Assembly: GCA_963796285.1 (NCBI GenBank)
Contig: CAWCKW010000001.1
Location: 193 to 64,192, forward strand
Length of the DNA stretch: 64,000 nt
Source of the DNA: Nitrospirota bacterium
GTDB taxonomy: Bacteria > Nitrospirota > UBA9217
Direction of reading: 5' to 3'
The notes under the pieces were generated by a model that saw only the letters and a program-made list of their open reading frames with translations, did no database searches and was not told the DNA's origin. The translations under genes were made by a program, and so were the position numbers. Positions 20,308 to 30,192 of the stretch are shown one piece after another (the stretch's first letter is position 1; the number at the start of each line of letters is the position of its first letter).

Positions 20308-21243
20308 ATGGGAGTAAAGAAGTCAAGAAAGATCCAGAAAAAAGAGTATTTTACTTTTATGTTCCTGCCTGGTCCGAATGCGCGGGTTCGGACGCTCAGT
20401 ATTTCCAAGTCAGCACTCAAGTCCGTGTTCTTTTCATTCGTCGCAGTGCTTGCCCTCTCCTTCTATCTGGTCTACGAATACAACGATGTAAAAGACAAAG
20501 TTTGGGAATTGCAGTCCGTACGCGAGGAACTGATGCAGCAGAAGGCGCAGGTACAGAGTTTCGCCCTCAACCTCCTGGATTACAAGCGCCAGATGTTCCT
20601 GCTTCGCGACCTCGATACCAAGCTCCGTCGTGCCGTGAGCCTGGGTCCCCGGGATAAGGCCCAACAGGTGCTCGGCATCGGCGGCCCCGACGAGCTTGGT
20701 CTTCAGAACCTTACCACCCTGGGTGAGAAAAAGCAGGAAGAAGCACTGAAAGATATGCACCAGGAATTGAGCTTGCTCAAGGGAGCGGCCTCACGACAGG
20801 AGGCCAGCCTTCAGATGCTGATAGAATATTTTGAGGACAAACGGTCCTTGTACGCGTCAACTCCCTCGGTATGGCCGGTCCGAGGCTGGGTCACGTCACC
20901 TTTCGGCATCCGGACCTCGCCGTTCAGCGGGATCCCGACTTTCCACGAAGGCATCGATATTGCGGCCCAGACCGGAACGCCGGTCATAGCCCCGGCAGAC
21001 GGTGTGGTTACGAAAGCGGGTTTCAGCACCGGCTACGGCAATATGGTGGAGATCAGCCACGGATACGGCATCAAAACCGAATTTGGACATAACTCACGCC
21101 TTAACGTCAAGGCCGGACAGCGGGTCAAGCGTGGTGAGATAATTTCTTATAGCGGAGATACCGGTTCCAGCACAGGTCCGCACCTTCACTATGAGGTGCG
21201 TTTAAACGGTCTGCCGGTTAATCCGGTAAGGTACATGAATTAA
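20308..21243 (+). CDS. M23 family metallopeptidase with a TM anchor and coiled-coil.
   Basis: GGAGGAG RBS plus ATG at 20308. Motifs HEGIDIAA and GDTGSSTGPHLHYEV. Confidence 0.85.
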   Translation: MGVKKSRKIQKKEYFTFMFLPGPNARVRTLSISKSALKSVFFSFVAVLALSFYLVYEYNDVKDKVWELQSVREELMQQKAQVQSFALNLLDYKRQMFLLRDLDTKLRRAVSLGPRDKAQQVLGIGGPDELGLQNLTTLGEKKQEEALKDMHQELSLLKGAASRQEASLQMLIEYFEDKRSLYASTPSVWPVRGWVTSPFGIRTSPFSGIPTFHEGIDIAAQTGTPVIAPADGVVTKAGFSTGYGNMVEISHGYGIKTEFGHNSRLNVKAGQRVKRGEIISYSGDTGSSTGPHLHYEVRLNGLPVNPVRYMN

Positions 21244-21423
21244 AGTTGTTCATCCATCGTTATCATTTTTTGAATGGTCTGACATAATCTTGGTTGTTCG
21301 GGGGAAAGGGCGTAGGGGTGGGTTCAGGCTCTTTCCCTTTGTACTTTAACCGTGTTTCGTTGTTCGGTGTCCCAGAGACCCCGATTGTCAACAGCGGAAA
21401 CAAACAAGGAGGGTTAAATCGTT

Positions 21424-21630
21424 ATGTCGACGGGGAAAGTTAAGTGGTTCAATGAGTCGAAAGGGTATGGTTTTATCGAACCGGAGGGAGGCGGTCGCGA
21501 TGTGTTCGTGCATTACTCGGGCATACAGGGAGACGGGTACAAGACGCTCTCCGAGGGGCAGCCTGTCGAGTTCGAAATCACTCTGGGGGATAAAGGCCCC
21601 CAGGCATCAAATGTACTGAAAGCGTCCTGA
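21424..21630 (+). CDS. cspA: Cold-shock protein (CSD).
   Basis: [15 protein letters not shown] (RNP1) and VFVHYS (RNP2). 68 aa. Confidence 0.9.
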   Translation: MSTGKVKWFNESKGYGFIEPEGGGRDVFVHYSGIQGDGYKTLSEGQPVEFEITLGDKGPQASNVLKAS

Positions 21631-21695
21631 CAAACTATTCGCTGCGCATTGCGCGAACGATTCGCATGCTGCAGTAATTGTACTATGATTGATAA

Positions 21696-21730
21696 CCCCG
21701 AGGGCCCCCATCTTCGGGGTTTTTTATTTT
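21696..21730 (+). terminator. Rho-independent terminator after cspA.
   Basis: Stem ccccga/tcgggg (21696-21701 / 21714-21719) followed by a T-run. Confidence 0.8.
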
Positions 21731-22088
21731 GAGTGTATCCAAGACACAAGGAACCTGGAAAAAGCAGTCAGACCAGAGTGAAGGTTCGTATAGGCTGGCT
21801 CAAAGAGAACTCAAAGGAAAATAAAAAACTTTATCTGAAAAATCAGTACACTAAAATGACAAGGTCTTTAAAGGGCTGGTAGTTGTTGATTTTCTTTACG
21901 CTCTTTGCGGGTTTGTGCGAACAATTGTTGCTATTAGGATGAAAAAGAGTCCGTGTGCATCATATGGGTACGGGCCTCTCTTCACAGGATGCGCGACAAC
22001 CTTCTGAGAGATTATTCTCTTGAATTCCTGCGCAAAAATGATACTATGCAGTGCTGTCAACTGATTTTATTGCTGGTGGAGAGAAGAG

Positions 22089-24728
22089 ATGATCGGAACA
22101 ATTCTGAAAAAAATATTCGGCACCGCGAATGAACGGGAACTGAAGCGCATTCAGGTGCTGGTGGACAAAATCAATGCACTGGAGCAGGGGATTTCCAGCC
22201 TCGCGGATGCTGCCTTGCGGGCCAAGTCCGAGGAGTTCAAAAAGAAGCTTGAAGGCGGGGAAACGCTCGACGATATCCTTCCCGAGGCCTTTGCCGTGGT
22301 GCGCGAGGTGTCCAAACGGACGCTCGGTATGCGCCACTTCGACGTGCAGCTCATCGGCGGTATTGTGCTGCATCAGGGAAAGATAGCGGAGATGAAGACC
22401 GGGGAAGGCAAGACCCTCGTAGCCACGCTGCCGGTGTATTTGAACAGCCTTACCGGCAAGGGTGTGCATGTGGTCACGGTGAACGACTATCTCGCCCGGC
22501 GTGACGCCCTGTGGATGAGCCCGATCTACACTTTCCTCGGTATGACCGTGGGAGTGATCGTCCATGGACTTACGGACGAACAGAGGCAACAGGCCTACGG
22601 CTCTGACGTGACCTACGGCACGAACAACGAGTTCGGGTTCGACTATCTGCGCGATAACATGAAATTCGACCTTGCAGACTATGCTCAGCGCGAGCTCAAC
22701 TTTGCCATCGTGGACGAGGTCGATTCGATCCTGATCGACGAGGCCAGGACCCCGCTCATCATCTCCGGTCCCACGGAAGATTCCACGGACAAGTATTATA
22801 AGATCAATCGCATCATCCCGAGCCTGAAGAAGGACGTTGACTACACGATCGAGGAAAAGACCAAGACCGCGGCGCTTACCGAGGAAGGCAACATCAAGGT
22901 CGAGAAGATGCTCGGCGCGGGCAATTTGTACGATCCCGCGAACGTGGATCTGGTGCACCATGTGCACCAGGCCTTGAAGGCCCATGCCCTGTTCCACCTC
23001 GACGTGGACTATGTGGTCAAGGACGGCCAGGTGATGATCGTGGACGAGTTCACGGGCAGGCTCATGCCCGGCAGGCGCTGGAGCGATGGACTCCACCAGG
23101 CCATCGAGGCCAAAGAGAACGTCAAGATCGAGAACGAGAACCAGACCCTCGCCTCCATCACTTTTCAGAACTACTTCCGGCTCTACAGCAAGCTTGCGGG
23201 CATGACCGGTACGGCAGAGACCGAGGCCGCGGAATTCGCGAAGATCTACAACCTCGATGTGCTCATGATCCCGACGCACCAACCCATGATCCGCATCGAC
23301 GCCCCCGATTTCATCTACAAGATCGAGCAGGGGAAGTTCAACTCTGCCGTTAAAGAGATCGAAGAACGTCATAAGAAGGGCCAGCCCGTGCTCGTGGGCA
23401 CCATTTCCATCGTCAAGTCCGAGACCCTGGCGTCGCTGCTCAGGAAAAAAGGCATCAGGCACTCGGTTCTGAACGCCAAGTACCACGAGATGGAGGCCGA
23501 GATCGTTGCCCAGGCGGGACGATACGCTGCGGTCACGATCGCCACGAACATGGCGGGCCGCGGTACGGACATCGTGCTTGGCGGCAACCCCGAGGGGCTC
23601 GCACGCCAGATGCTGAAAGGCAAAGAGTATACGAAAGAAGAGTGGGACAGGACGCTCGAACAGTGCAAGGTGCAGTGCGCTGACGAGAAAGAGAAGGTCA
23701 TTGCGGCGGGGGGGCTCCACATCCTCGGCACGGAACGCCATGAGTCGCGCCGGATCGACAACCAGCTTCGTGGCCGCTCGGGCCGCCAGGGTGACCCCGG
23801 CTCATCGCGCTTCTATCTCTCGCTCGAGGACGACCTACTCAGGATCTTCGGGTCCGACCGGATCGCGGGACTCATGGGCAAGCTCGGCATGGAAGAGGAT
23901 GTACCGATCGAACATCGCATGGTGTCGCGGGCCATCGAGAACGCCCAGAAGAAGGTTGAAAACCACAACTTCGAGATGCGCAAGCACGTCCTCGAATACG
24001 ATGACGTCATGAACCAGCAGCGCAAGGTGATCTACGAGCAACGCCGTCAGATACTCTCCGGCACTGACCTCAAGGAAGAAGCGCTCGGCCTGGCCGAGGA
24101 AATGCTCGATGGGATTGTTGACTTCACCTGTCCTGAGGGCGCCTACCCCGAGACCTGGGACATTGCCGGCCTGAACGATATGCTCGCGGCTAAGTTCTCG
24201 TATCACGCAGCGCATGATATCGACCCCCGGTCCCTGTCACGCGAAGAGTTCCGCGAGAAGCTCTGGGATGCGCTGAAGAAGAGCTACAGCGAGAAGGAAC
24301 AACAGATCGGCCCCGAGGTCATGCGCCACCTCGAGAAGGTCTTCATGCTCCAGGCCGTCGACCATCAGTGGAAAGACCACCTCCTGGCAATGGACCATTT
24401 GAAGGAAGGCATCGGACTTCGCGGCTACGGCCAGAAGGACCCGCTCATCGAATACAAAAAAGAAGGCTTCGACATGTTCGAGGAAATGAAGCAGCGCATT
24501 GTTGAATCCACGGTCGAGAATTTGTTCAGGATCAAGGTCGCGGCCAAGGAACAGAGTGAGGAAATCGAGCGGAAGCAGAAACGCCAGATCGCCAACCTCA
24601 GCTTCGTCGGCGCGGGAGACGCGGCAGCCAAGCACGCCGAACCCGTGCATGTCGGCGCGAAGGTCGGCAGGAACGACCCCTGTCCCTGCGGGAGCGGCAA
24701 AAAGTACAAGAAGTGCCACGGGAAGTAA
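22089..24728 (+). CDS. secA: Preprotein translocase ATPase SecA.
   Basis: [14 protein letters not shown] and [18 protein letters not shown] motifs, with the C-terminal zinc motif [14 protein letters not shown]. Intact 879-aa ORF. Confidence 0.97.
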   Translation: MIGTILKKIFGTANERELKRIQVLVDKINALEQGISSLADAALRAKSEEFKKKLEGGETLDDILPEAFAVVREVSKRTLGMRHFDVQLIGGIVLHQGKIAEMKTGEGKTLVATLPVYLNSLTGKGVHVVTVNDYLARRDALWMSPIYTFLGMTVGVIVHGLTDEQRQQAYGSDVTYGTNNEFGFDYLRDNMKFDLADYAQRELNFAIVDEVDSILIDEARTPLIISGPTEDSTDKYYKINRIIPSLKKDVDYTIEEKTKTAALTEEGNIKVEKMLGAGNLYDPANVDLVHHVHQALKAHALFHLDVDYVVKDGQVMIVDEFTGRLMPGRRWSDGLHQAIEAKENVKIENENQTLASITFQNYFRLYSKLAGMTGTAETEAAEFAKIYNLDVLMIPTHQPMIRIDAPDFIYKIEQGKFNSAVKEIEERHKKGQPVLVGTISIVKSETLASLLRKKGIRHSVLNAKYHEMEAEIVAQAGRYAAVTIATNMAGRGTDIVLGGNPEGLARQMLKGKEYTKEEWDRTLEQCKVQCADEKEKVIAAGGLHILGTERHESRRIDNQLRGRSGRQGDPGSSRFYLSLEDDLLRIFGSDRIAGLMGKLGMEEDVPIEHRMVSRAIENAQKKVENHNFEMRKHVLEYDDVMNQQRKVIYEQRRQILSGTDLKEEALGLAEEMLDGIVDFTCPEGAYPETWDIAGLNDMLAAKFSYHAAHDIDPRSLSREEFREKLWDALKKSYSEKEQQIGPEVMRHLEKVFMLQAVDHQWKDHLLAMDHLKEGIGLRGYGQKDPLIEYKKEGFDMFEEMKQRIVESTVENLFRIKVAAKEQSEEIERKQKRQIANLSFVGAGDAAAKHAEPVHVGAKVGRNDPCPCGSGKKYKKCHGK

Positions 24729-24976
24729 TGCAAGTTCGGAGTGCGAATTTTGGAGTTGAAAACAAACATGCATGGTACGCGGATTTTCGCGGATGATCGC
24801 AAATAAAGATTATTGATTCAGGCTTGATCCGTTTTTTCCGCGTTCATCTGCGTCCAAAAAATAGCTTTACATCCTTTCCCCTTTATTTCCTTCGACTGCG
24901 CTCAGGACAGGCCTCTTGTAACCAATCGATTCTGCCCTTTATTGACCTCACCCGGATTATCGAGTACACTATATTC

Positions 24977-26983
24977 ATGCCGAAATTCAAGATCACATCG
25001 GACTATACGCCGACCGGCGACCAGCCCCAGGCAATCGAGCAGCTCGCTGACGGCATCATCAAGGGCCTCGAACACCAGGTCCTGCTCGGGGTCACGGGCT
25101 CGGGCAAGACCTTCACCATCGCGAACGTGATCGAGAAGGTGCAGCGGCCCGCGCTCATGATCGCGCACAATAAGACGCTGGCTGCCCAGCTCTACAACGA
25201 GTTCAAGGAGCTTTTCCCCGAGAACGCGGTGGAGTACTTCGTCTCCTACTATGACTACTACCAGCCCGAGGCCTACCTCCCGACCACGGACACGTATATC
25301 GAGAAGGACTCGGCCATCAACGAGCAGATCGACCGCATGCGCCACTCGGCGACCACTTCGCTGTTCGAGCGGAACGATGTGATCGTCGTCTCCTCGGTCT
25401 CGTGCATCTACGGCCTGGGCTCGCCCGAGGCATACCACGGCATGCTGCTGTTCCTTGAGCAGGGGCAGCGCATCGACCGGAACGAGATCCTCAGGAAGCT
25501 CGTGGACATCCAGTATTCCCGCAACGACTTCGATTTCCAGCGCGGCACGTTCCGGGTGCGCGGCGACGTGGTCGAGATCTTTCCGGCGTCCTACGAGGAC
25601 GAGGCGATCCGCATTGAGCTCTTCGGCGATGAAATAGACGCGATTTCCGTGTTCGATCCGCTCCTCGGCACGCCGCGCCAGAAGCTCGAAAAGGTCGCCA
25701 TCTATCCCGGCAGCCATTATGTCATCCCTGAATCGCGCATGAAGGCGGCCATTGACGGCATCCATGAGGAGCTCAGGGAGCGCATCCAGCAATTCCGCAG
25801 AATGAACAAGCTGATCGAGGCGCAGCGCATCGAGCAGCGCACCATGTTCGATCTCGAGATGATCCAGGAAATGGGGTACTGCCACGGCATCGAGAACTAT
25901 TCCCGGCATCTCTCGGGCAGGGCGCCCGGCGAGCCGCCGCCGACCTTGCTCGACTACTTTCCCAAGGATTTTCTTCTGGTCGTGGACGAGTCCCACGCCA
26001 CAGTCCCGCAGATCGGCGGCATGTTCAACGGCGACCGGGCCAGGAAAATGAATCTCGTTGAATACGGCTTCCGCCTGCCCTCGGCGCTGGACAACCGGCC
26101 GCTCAATTTTGAGGAATTCGAGCAGCGCGTGCACCAGACCGTGTACGTGTCGGCAACGCCCGCTGACTTTGAGGTCGCGAAGTCCGGCAAGAGGATCATC
26201 GAGCAGGTGATCCGGCCCACGGGCCTCACGGACCCGCAGATCGCGATCAGGCCGGCCACGGGACAGGTGGACGATCTCCTGAACGAGGTCAGAAAAAGGG
26301 CGGAGGCAAAAGAGCGCGTGCTCGTCACCACGCTCACAAAGCGCATGGCGGAGGACCTGACGGAACACTACAAGGAACTGAACGTGAAGGTGGCATACCT
26401 CCACTCCGATATCGACACCCTTGAACGGGTCGACATCATCCGGGACCTGCGTCTGGGGAAATATGATGTTCTGATCGGCATCAATCTGCTGCGCGAGGGA
26501 CTCGATATCCCGGAGGTATCGCTCGTAGCGATCCTCGATGCGGACAAGGAAGGGTTCCTGCGCTCGACGCGCTCGCTCATCCAGACCATGGGCCGCGCAG
26601 CGCGGCACGTGAACGGCGAGGTCATCCTCTATGCGGAGAAGATCACCGATTCCATGCGGAACGCCATCAACGAGACCAACCGGCGTCGCACGGTGCAGGA
26701 AGCATACAACAAGAAGCACAACATCACTCCGCAGTCCATCAAGAAGAACATCCAGGCCACGCTGCGCACAGTGTACGAGCAGGATTACTTCACCGTGCCG
26801 ATCGCCGCTGAAGAGGCGGGCGAGTATCTGCCGACCGTGAATATCCCCGCGTACATCGCCTCGCTTCAGAAACAGATGCGCGCGGCGGCAAAAGAGCTGG
26901 ACTTTGAGACAGCGGCAGAGCTGCGTGACAAGATCAGGTCGCTCCAGCAGAAGGAGCTGGCAGTGGGGGTGAAGGTGGAGTAG
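24977..26983 (+). CDS. uvrB: Excinuclease ABC subunit B.
   Basis: [31 protein letters not shown], and a C-terminal UVR domain ([13 protein letters not shown]). Confidence 0.97.
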   Translation: MPKFKITSDYTPTGDQPQAIEQLADGIIKGLEHQVLLGVTGSGKTFTIANVIEKVQRPALMIAHNKTLAAQLYNEFKELFPENAVEYFVSYYDYYQPEAYLPTTDTYIEKDSAINEQIDRMRHSATTSLFERNDVIVVSSVSCIYGLGSPEAYHGMLLFLEQGQRIDRNEILRKLVDIQYSRNDFDFQRGTFRVRGDVVEIFPASYEDEAIRIELFGDEIDAISVFDPLLGTPRQKLEKVAIYPGSHYVIPESRMKAAIDGIHEELRERIQQFRRMNKLIEAQRIEQRTMFDLEMIQEMGYCHGIENYSRHLSGRAPGEPPPTLLDYFPKDFLLVVDESHATVPQIGGMFNGDRARKMNLVEYGFRLPSALDNRPLNFEEFEQRVHQTVYVSATPADFEVAKSGKRIIEQVIRPTGLTDPQIAIRPATGQVDDLLNEVRKRAEAKERVLVTTLTKRMAEDLTEHYKELNVKVAYLHSDIDTLERVDIIRDLRLGKYDVLIGINLLREGLDIPEVSLVAILDADKEGFLRSTRSLIQTMGRAARHVNGEVILYAEKITDSMRNAINETNRRRTVQEAYNKKHNITPQSIKKNIQATLRTVYEQDYFTVPIAAEEAGEYLPTVNIPAYIASLQKQMRAAAKELDFETAAELRDKIRSLQQKELAVGVKVE

Positions 26984-27119
26984 GGTCAGGAGCGGGGATC
27001 AAGGAGTAAGGATCACGTGTAAAGAAAAAAAGAGTATGAACTCATCAATCCAATATCAGCAATGGAAGCGCTCCCCAAAGGGGGCAGTCTCCATCATGCA
27101 AGGTACATGATATCATCAA

Positions 27120-27645
27120 TCACTTCTCTAATAAAAACCGCTTCACCTCTTTTTCCCACACATCATATCCCTTGCTCGCCAGGTGGACGCCATCATCTGA
27201 AAGATAGCCTTTCTTCGGAGTTCCCTTCGCATCCACAAAGGATCCGAACACGTCAAGATATTCTGCGCCGTATTCGCCGGCGATCTTTTCGAGAAGGCGG
27301 TTGATATCTGGTATTACTTCATTGTCGACCCATGTCACTTTCCACCGGCAACAAGCTTTGGACCACGACAATCGATTGTTTGTACCACGTGGTCAGGTTG
27401 CGAACGATCTCGCGATAGGGGGGGAAGATATCATACTGCCCGGTCGCGATGTTGTTGATGCCGGTCATGAGGAAGATGAAGTCCGGATCGTCGATCTGCG
27501 TGCGAATGCGCTCCCTGCGGGCGAGCAGACCTTCGACGGTTTCGCCGGAGATGCCGAGGTTTGTCACCTGATACCCTGGGAACCGTTGCTCCCAGTCACC
27601 CCACTGGGTGAGCGAATCGCCTATGAAGACAAGATGGTTGCGCAT
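27120..27645 (-). CDS. SGNH/GDSL hydrolase family protein. Apparent frameshift at about 27343.
   Basis: Block I is LVFIGDSLTQWG, followed by GISGETV and GINN. The C-terminal DDGVHLASKGY (DxxH) is in the second ORF-track piece. Confidence 0.7.
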
Positions 27646-27664
27646 AGAAAGATTAATGGTCCAC

Positions 27665-27942
27665 CACGGAGGCACGGAGACACTGAGAAAATCAATAAAT
27701 TGTGCGACAAATTCTACGCAAAATGAGCAAGCAATTTTACCGCGAAGGCGCGACAGAGCGCAAAGGAAGTCCTTAAATTCCGGGTTGAGGGCTTTTACAA
27801 CCTTCGCGTCCTTGGCGCCTTGGCGGTTCAAAGGCTTTGTTTTAACTCTGGCTTGTCCGGGTTAAGCAAATAATGCTGAAATCCCATCGATCCTGTTATC
27901 CGTCAAGATATGATTGTGTTTTCTCCGCGACCTCTGTGACTC
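27665..27942. repeat. Nested cluster of octamer-type REP hairpins.
   Basis: cacggagg cacggaga cactgaga (27665-27688) faces gttttctccgcgacctctgtgactc (27918-27942). The inner pair is accgcgaaggcgcgacagagcgcaaagga (27739-) versus ccttcgcgtccttggcgccttggcggt (27801-27827). Confidence 0.5.
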
Positions 27943-27971
27943 TTTGGTGAAATCCGATTTTTCATCTTAAG

Positions 27972-28283
27972 TCACTCTGTGTTCATTGCCCGCCCGATCG
28001 CCTGCTTCAACATCAGAATCGACGGTACGCCTTTGAGTCTCCCGGACTCGTCCATGTACGTTCTTCAGGTTATGCCTGGCGAGTTGCCGCCTTCGAAGGC
28101 GTCTCTCCCGTTTATCCAGATGGAAGGAGAGCCCAGTATGTTGCGGCTGACTGCCTCGTCGTAACAGATCGTGCGGTAGGTAACGTCGGGTTTGATGTCC
28201 AGTTCCGCGAGCGCGCGGTTCAGGTTCGCGCGAAGTTCATGGTACGAGCCGCAGATCTCGGACAGGTAGATATCGATCTTCAT
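27972..28283 (-). CDS. Small thioredoxin-fold protein (Thioredoxin_3 / DUF2703-like). The 72-aa ORF 28065-28283 is solid. Extension through UGA 28065-28067 as Sec, giving 103 aa, is my proposal.
   Basis: MKIDIYLSEICGSY...LAELDIKPDV...GSPSIWINGRDAF. After the TGA the frame stays open for 30 codons (RTYMDESGRLKGVPSILMLKQAIGRAMNTE). These supply the G..VPS..el..l strand-helix that normally ends this fold. Confidence 0.5.
28035..28049 (-). promoter_or_regulatory. Candidate SECIS apical hairpin for the UGA at 28065-28067.
   Basis: On the minus strand, GAGUC-CGGGA-GACUC starts 15 nt after the UGA. The G-rich loop is about 20 nt downstream. A GUAC/GUAC lower stem is possible. Confidence 0.35.
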
Positions 28284-28301
28284 GATTGGATGCTAGGTTG
28301 T

Positions 28302-28317
28302 CACAGAGGCACAGAGA
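28302..28317. repeat. Tandem octamers CACAGAGG/CACAGAGA.
   Basis: Read directly. Same family as the repeats at 6104, 27665 and 28724. Confidence 0.5.
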
Positions 28318-28367
28318 AAACCAATTTATGGATCATTATCTCTGATTACTCAGCAATGAAAAAAGCG

Positions 28368-28682
28368 TTATTTCTTCTCCAGCACATCATTCGCCCAGGA
28401 CATCGCGGCGGAGACGGCGGGGAAGCCGATGGTGCTCGTGAGCAGGATGATCGCATGGCGGATCTCATCGGGTTTTGCCCCGGCTGCCAGCGCCCGGCGG
28501 GCATGGGAGTGGACAGACCCCTCGGACCGCACGGCGGCGGCGGCGGCGATCTGGACCAGTTCCGAGGTCTTCTTGTTCAGCGGTCCTGCTGCCTTGGCGG
28601 CCTTTCCCAGGTTCCCGACTGCCTTGATGAGACCTTTATATTTTTTCTGGATGGTGGTGTACTGTTTCGGCATTTTCGGCAT
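28368..28682 (-). CDS. Carboxymuconolactone decarboxylase (AhpD-like) family protein lacking the CxxC pair.
   Basis: ELVQIAAAAAVRSEGSVHSHARRALAAGAKPDEIRHAI fits the CMD core, but SEGS sits where CxxC is expected. Confidence 0.8.
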   Translation of the reverse strand: MPKMPKQYTTIQKKYKGLIKAVGNLGKAAKAAGPLNKKTSELVQIAAAAAVRSEGSVHSHARRALAAGAKPDEIRHAIILLTSTIGFPAVSAAMSWANDVLEKK

Positions 28683-28723
28683 GATAACCTCCTTGTGATT
28701 GTACGAGTAATGTTAAAATTAAC

Positions 28724-28793
28724 CACAGAGCACACAGAGAAATCTTTAAATCTCAAAATGGGCAAGGCTTTTTACTGGCCTCACCTCTGTGGC
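28724..28793. repeat. Octamer-type REP hairpin.
   Basis: ccacagag (28723-28730) pairs with ctctgtgg (28786-28793). cacagagc acacagag is tandem. Confidence 0.45.
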
Positions 28794-28895
28794 CTCTTAC
28801 TACTGCATGTATTTCGTCTTCTGCATTCTTCATATCTTCAAGATTGGTCTAATTGTTGAGTCAGTTGAGAACACAGAGCACTCTTCGTTCTCTCT

Positions 28896-29011
28896 GCCTG
28901 CGCCCAGCGTTTACGAGCCTGTGCCCGCGTTTATGAGCGGAACCGCGAATGCAGGGTATGGAACCGTAGCCTGCTCTTGCGAAGACGCGGCCATAAACGA
29001 GTGCAGGGTGT
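28896..29011 (+). repeat. 116-nt element, copy A (sense orientation on the + strand). Candidate structured RNA or MITE-like repeat.
   Basis: Reverse complement of 48667-48782 with 2 mismatches, at 28908 and 28983. It lies 148 nt upstream of the M28 peptidase ATG. Confidence 0.9.
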
Positions 29012-29159
29012 GGTTTCAGACGGCCTCTTCGGTTTTCATAGAACTATTGACACTATCATTGAACAGTCCTATTTCAAGTTTAAGCAAAGAGTGCTCAAGA
29101 GTCAAGAAAATTGATGCCATGGTTTGACATCCGGAACAGGGGTATGATAGGCTTTGCAC

Positions 29160-30027
29160 ATGGAGAGGGCTGATTATTTGCGTCAGGTCGTGGCCAGACT
29201 CGCCAGGGAGATCGGGGTCCGTACCTTTCAGGACCTTGAGCGACTGGAGGAGACGGCAACATATATTTCAGATCAGTTCACCTCTTTCGGTTATCAGGTC
29301 GAGAGGCAACCCTTTGTCTTTGACGGGAACACCTACCATAACATCATCGCGGAGCTTAAGGGCGGCGCCTCTCAGGAAACGCTGCTCATCGTCGGCGCTC
29401 ACTACGACTCGGTACGCACCACGCCGGGCGCCGACGACAACGCGAGCGGCGTGGCGGGACTGCTCGGTCTGGCGCGGGAGCTGTCCAACGCGCGGATGGA
29501 GAGAACAATCCGGTTCGTAGCCTTCGCGCTTGAAGAATGGCCGGTGTATCGCAGCACGCAACATGGCGAGCTATCATTACGCGAAAAGTCTCGCAGAAAA
29601 GAACGCGCACGTAGAGGGGATGATCTGCCTCGAGATGATCGGGTTCTTCTGCGACCGGGAAGGTTGTCAGCATTATCCCTTTCCCTTCATGGGCCTCAAG
29701 TTCCCGAAGACGGGGCATTACATCGCCATGGTCGGCAACATGCGGTCGAAGGCTTTTACGGAGCGGATCGCCAGGAGTTTCAAAAAAGCAACCGATCTCC
29801 CCCTCATCACCTTGAACGCGCCTGCGATCATGATCGGCATCGATTTCTCCGACCACTGGTCCTTCGGCAAGTTCGGGTACCAGGCGCTCATGGTAACGGA
29901 CACGGCTTTCTACAGGAATCCGCATTACCACGCGCCTTCGGACCTTCCCGAAACCCTGGATTACGAACGCATGGCCAAAGTGGTCGAGGGGCTCATTGCG
30001 GCGCTACGGGAGCGGGACGGTGGTTGA
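29160..30027 (+). CDS. M28 family (aminopeptidase-like) zinc peptidase. Apparent frameshift at about 29562.
   Basis: LLIVGAHYDSV, GADDNASGVAGLLGLAREL, and in the second frame EMIGFF, DHWSF and PHYHAPSD. Confidence 0.8.
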
Positions 30028-30192
30028 TCTGCGAGGAGGGGTGTGCAACGGAGTACCGGGCCTTTTTTCATCCAGAACTATTCGAAGAGCACTTATCGTT
30101 TTAGTGTGGACAGACGCCGATTCTCGACGATCCTTAAACAGCGTGCGTTATTCTAAGACCGAAAGTACGCCTGCCATGTCATTTCACGAATC

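Noticed and set aside
21939-22007. 22-codon ORF (MKKSPCASYGYGPLFTGCATTF) upstream of secA, considered as a SecM-like regulatory leader.
   Set aside because: Weak RBS, no arrest-peptide motif that I recognise, and it ends about 80 nt from the secA start. There is not enough evidence.
22044-23741. 565-aa minus-strand ORF antisense to secA. Similar long antisense ORFs are 24902-26719 (opposite uvrB), 17248-18426 (opposite lptD) and 35157-36077 (opposite patatin).
   Set aside because: These are shadow ORFs, typical of G+C-rich DNA. Their translations are Arg/His/Gly/Asp-rich with no motifs, whereas the sense strands encode unmistakable conserved proteins.
24775-24866. GCGGATTTTCGCGGATGATCGC ... 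GATCCGTTTTTTCCGCGTTCATCTGCG between secA and uvrB, which at first looked like an inverted repeat.
   Set aside because: On checking, the arms are not reverse complements of each other. It is probably another degenerate REP-type sequence, but I cannot define its structure.
28789-29127. ORFs translating the 116-nt repeat (…[38 protein letters not shown]… at 28789-29127 and 48653-48961), considered as a duplicated small-protein gene.
   Set aside because: The shared segment has no start or RBS of its own, and the flanking codons differ completely between the two copies. The identity is at the nucleotide level and spans a hairpin-rich element, so a non-coding repeat is the better explanation.
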